NCBI GenBank assembly: GCA_964448115.1
Contig: CAYUVA010000011.1
Span: 1 to 64,000, forward strand
Reading direction: 5' to 3'
Length of the DNA: 64,000 nucleotides
DNA from: an uncultured bacterium
GTDB taxonomy: Bacteria > CAYUVA01
The notes beneath the pieces were generated by a model that did not search any database, was not told the DNA's origin, and was given only the letters and a program-made list of their open reading frames with translations. The position numbers were made by a program, and so were the translations under genes. Below are positions 61,716 through 64,000 of this stretch, one piece after another (positions within the stretch are counted from its first letter, which is position 1; each line of letters starts with the position of its first letter).

Positions 61716-63653
61716 ATGGGAAAGATAATTGGAATCGACCTAGGAACAACGAACTCCGTGGTTGCTGTCATGGAAGGCGGCGACCCGGCGGTCATAGTTA
61801 ATCAAGAGGGCAACCGCATCACCCCATCAGTGGTCGCCTTTACCAAGAAAGGAGATCGCCTGGTCGGACAGGTCGCCAAAAGGCAGGCGGTTACCAATCC
61901 AGAGAATACTGTATTCTCCATCAAACGATTTATGGGGCGTAAATACCATGAGGTTGCCGAGGAGATCAAACAGGTGCCCTACAAGGTTATCAAAGCCTCA
62001 AATGGAGACGCCAGAGTAAAAATCCTAGATAAGGAGTACTCTCCACCGGAGATCTCTGCGTTTATTTTAATGAAACTCAAGGAGGCTGCTGAGAAATATC
62101 TTGGCGAGAAGGTAACCGATGCTGTAATCACGGTGCCGGCTTACTTCAACGATAGCCAACGACAGGCGACTAAGGATGCTGGAAAGATCGCTGGACTGAA
62201 TGTTAGGCGATTGGTCAACGAGCCTACCGCTGCATCGCTTGCCTACGGCTTGGACAAGAAGAAGGACGAGACTATTGCTGTTTTTGACTTCGGAGGCGGC
62301 ACCTTTGATATCTCGATACTGGAGGTCTCCGAGGGGGTGGTCGAGGTTAAGGCAACCAACGGCGATACGCACTTAGGCGGTGACAACATCGACCAGGCGA
62401 TTATAGAATGGCTGGTTGAAGAATTTAAAAAGGACCAGGGGATCGACCTGGGCAAGGATCAGATGGCTCTACAGCGACTCAAGGAGGCTGCGGAGAAAGC
62501 CAAGATCGAGCTTTCTGAGGTTACATCCACTGATATAAACCTACCCTTTATAACCGCTGATGCATCCGGACCAAAGCATCTCAACATTACTCTATCACGC
62601 GCCAAGCTGGAACAGCTCGCTGAGAAAATACTGGGCAAGCTGATGCCACCAGTGCATCAAGCCCTCGAGGATGCCGGTTTGAAACCCTCTGATGTAAACG
62701 AGGTGGTTCTGGTAGGTGGCTCCACGAGGATGCCCAAGGTGATCGAAATGGTGAAGGAGCTATTCGGAAGGGAGCCGCATCAGGGGGTTAATCCGGATGA
62801 GGTTGTCGCCCTTGGCGCTGCCATACAGGGAGCAGTGCTTAGCGGTGATATCAAGGATATGGTGCTGCTCGATGTAACTCCGCTATCGCTGGGCATCGAG
62901 ACGCTTGGCGGTGTCATGACCAGGCTGATCCCAAGAAACACTACCATCCCTACCCGCAAGAGCGAGATCTTCACCACCGCAGCCGACAATCAGACCAGCG
63001 TTGAGATCCATGTCCTCCAGGGCGAGCGAGAAATGGCTGCCAATAACCGCACTTTGGGCAAGTTCCATCTTGTCGGCATACCGCCTGCCCCTCGCGGAGT
63101 CCCCCAGATCGAGGTTACCTTCGATATCGATGCCAACGGTATCGTTAATGTATCGGCTAAGGACCTGGCGACCAATAAACAACAACAGATCACCATCACC
63201 TCTTCAAGCGGGCTTTCCAAGGAGGAAATCGATAAGCTGGTGAAGGATGCAGAGGCTCATGCTGAGGAAGATAAGAAGAAACGCGAGTTAGTGGATCTAA
63301 AGAACCAGGCAGATGCTGTGATCTATTCTACTGAAAAGCTGATCAACGAGAACCGAGAAAAGGTTTCTGTTGGCGATCTGAGCAAGCTGGAAGATGCCCT
63401 CGAAGAGCTTAAGAAAGCCAAGGATGGCGATGATGCACAGCAGATAAAGAACGCGCTGGAAAATGTGCAAAACGCCACTCACGCAATATCACAGGTGCTA
63501 TATCAACAAGCCAGTAAGGAAGCTCAAGCTGCACAGGGACAGCAAGCCGGTGAAGAAAGCCAGCAAAGCGATCAACAAGCTGGCGGCAGCCAAAAAAGTG
63601 GCAGCAAGGGGGATGATGATGTGGTTGATGCCGAGTATGAGGATGTAAACTGA
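61716..63653 (+). CDS. dnaK: Chaperone DnaK
   Basis: [47 protein letters not shown]. Confidence 0.99.
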   Translation: MGKIIGIDLGTTNSVVAVMEGGDPAVIVNQEGNRITPSVVAFTKKGDRLVGQVAKRQAVTNPENTVFSIKRFMGRKYHEVAEEIKQVPYKVIKASNGDARVKILDKEYSPPEISAFILMKLKEAAEKYLGEKVTDAVITVPAYFNDSQRQATKDAGKIAGLNVRRLVNEPTAASLAYGLDKKKDETIAVFDFGGGTFDISILEVSEGVVEVKATNGDTHLGGDNIDQAIIEWLVEEFKKDQGIDLGKDQMALQRLKEAAEKAKIELSEVTSTDINLPFITADASGPKHLNITLSRAKLEQLAEKILGKLMPPVHQALEDAGLKPSDVNEVVLVGGSTRMPKVIEMVKELFGREPHQGVNPDEVVALGAAIQGAVLSGDIKDMVLLDVTPLSLGIETLGGVMTRLIPRNTTIPTRKSEIFTTAADNQTSVEIHVLQGEREMAANNRTLGKFHLVGIPPAPRGVPQIEVTFDIDANGIVNVSAKDLATNKQQQITITSSSGLSKEEIDKLVKDAEAHAEEDKKKRELVDLKNQADAVIYSTEKLINENREKVSVGDLSKLEDALEELKKAKDGDDAQQIKNALENVQNATHAISQVLYQQASKEAQAAQGQQAGEESQQSDQQAGGSQKSGSKGDDDVVDAEYEDVN

Positions 63654-63725
63654 GCAGCATCTTGGTAGAATCACTAAGTACTGATAGTACATCAGTATAA
63701 AACAGACAACAATCGAGGATAAAAG

Positions 63726-64000
63726 ATGCCAAAGAGACGCGATGTGGAATCGGCAGAAGAGATTTGGGCGCTCATCGATCGAGTGCGTGACTGGTTCGAC
63801 CTGTTCAGCAGGCGGATCCCAGCCTCCATCTCTTCCATTAGGAACTATAGCGAGGGCGGCTCCACCTGGGCGCCCCCTATCGATGTGCTGGATACTGGAA
63901 AGGATATAGTTATTCTTGCAGAGGTACCCGGCATTGCCAGGGAAGATATTGATATAAGCCTGTTGGGTGATACAGTTCTCGTTAAAGGCACCAAGAAGAT
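63726..64000 (+). CDS. Hsp20/alpha-crystallin small heat-shock protein, partial
   Basis: From ATG 63726: ...WAPPIDVLDTGKDIVILAEVPGIAREDIDISLLGDTVLVKGTKK; open at the window edge. Confidence 0.88.
   Translation, partial: MPKRRDVESAEEIWALIDRVRDWFDLFSRRIPASISSIRNYSEGGSTWAPPIDVLDTGKDIVILAEVPGIAREDIDISLLGDTVLVKGTKK

Overview
A 64-kb stretch of bacterial chromosome; the lineage cannot be fixed from sequence alone. It has no intact mobile element, CRISPR array or rRNA. Housekeeping genes include hutI (partial), leuS, a MurC-type ligase, cysK, tRNA-Gly(GCC), dnaN-recF-gyrB (without dnaA or gyrA), glutaryl-CoA dehydrogenase, hslVU, folK-dNK-panBCD, dnaK and a partial hsp20. These are interleaved with many cell-envelope genes. 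Main observations: (1) Three unrelated, unlinked secreted proteins all end in the same ~100-aa domain (five copies; begins P-x-I-x-x-x-G-Y/F and ends W/F-P-Y-L-x-V). This looks like a lineage-specific C-terminal sorting or surface-anchoring tag. Thr/Pro linkers and three GT-C-type glycosyltransferases occur in the same window. (2) A 1-kb intergenic region near dnaN holds a dif-like Xer site, a parS palindrome, three IHF-consensus sites and an orphan tRNA-Cys 3' tail. (3) An archaeal-type GatD is present without gatE. (4) An M1 aminopeptidase homologue that has lost HExxH is coupled to murC. (5) A HAIR (HspR-type) operator overlaps the dnaK promoter. (6) Several truncated gene relics lie in spacers. 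Calls rest on motif recognition by eye; no database search was run.
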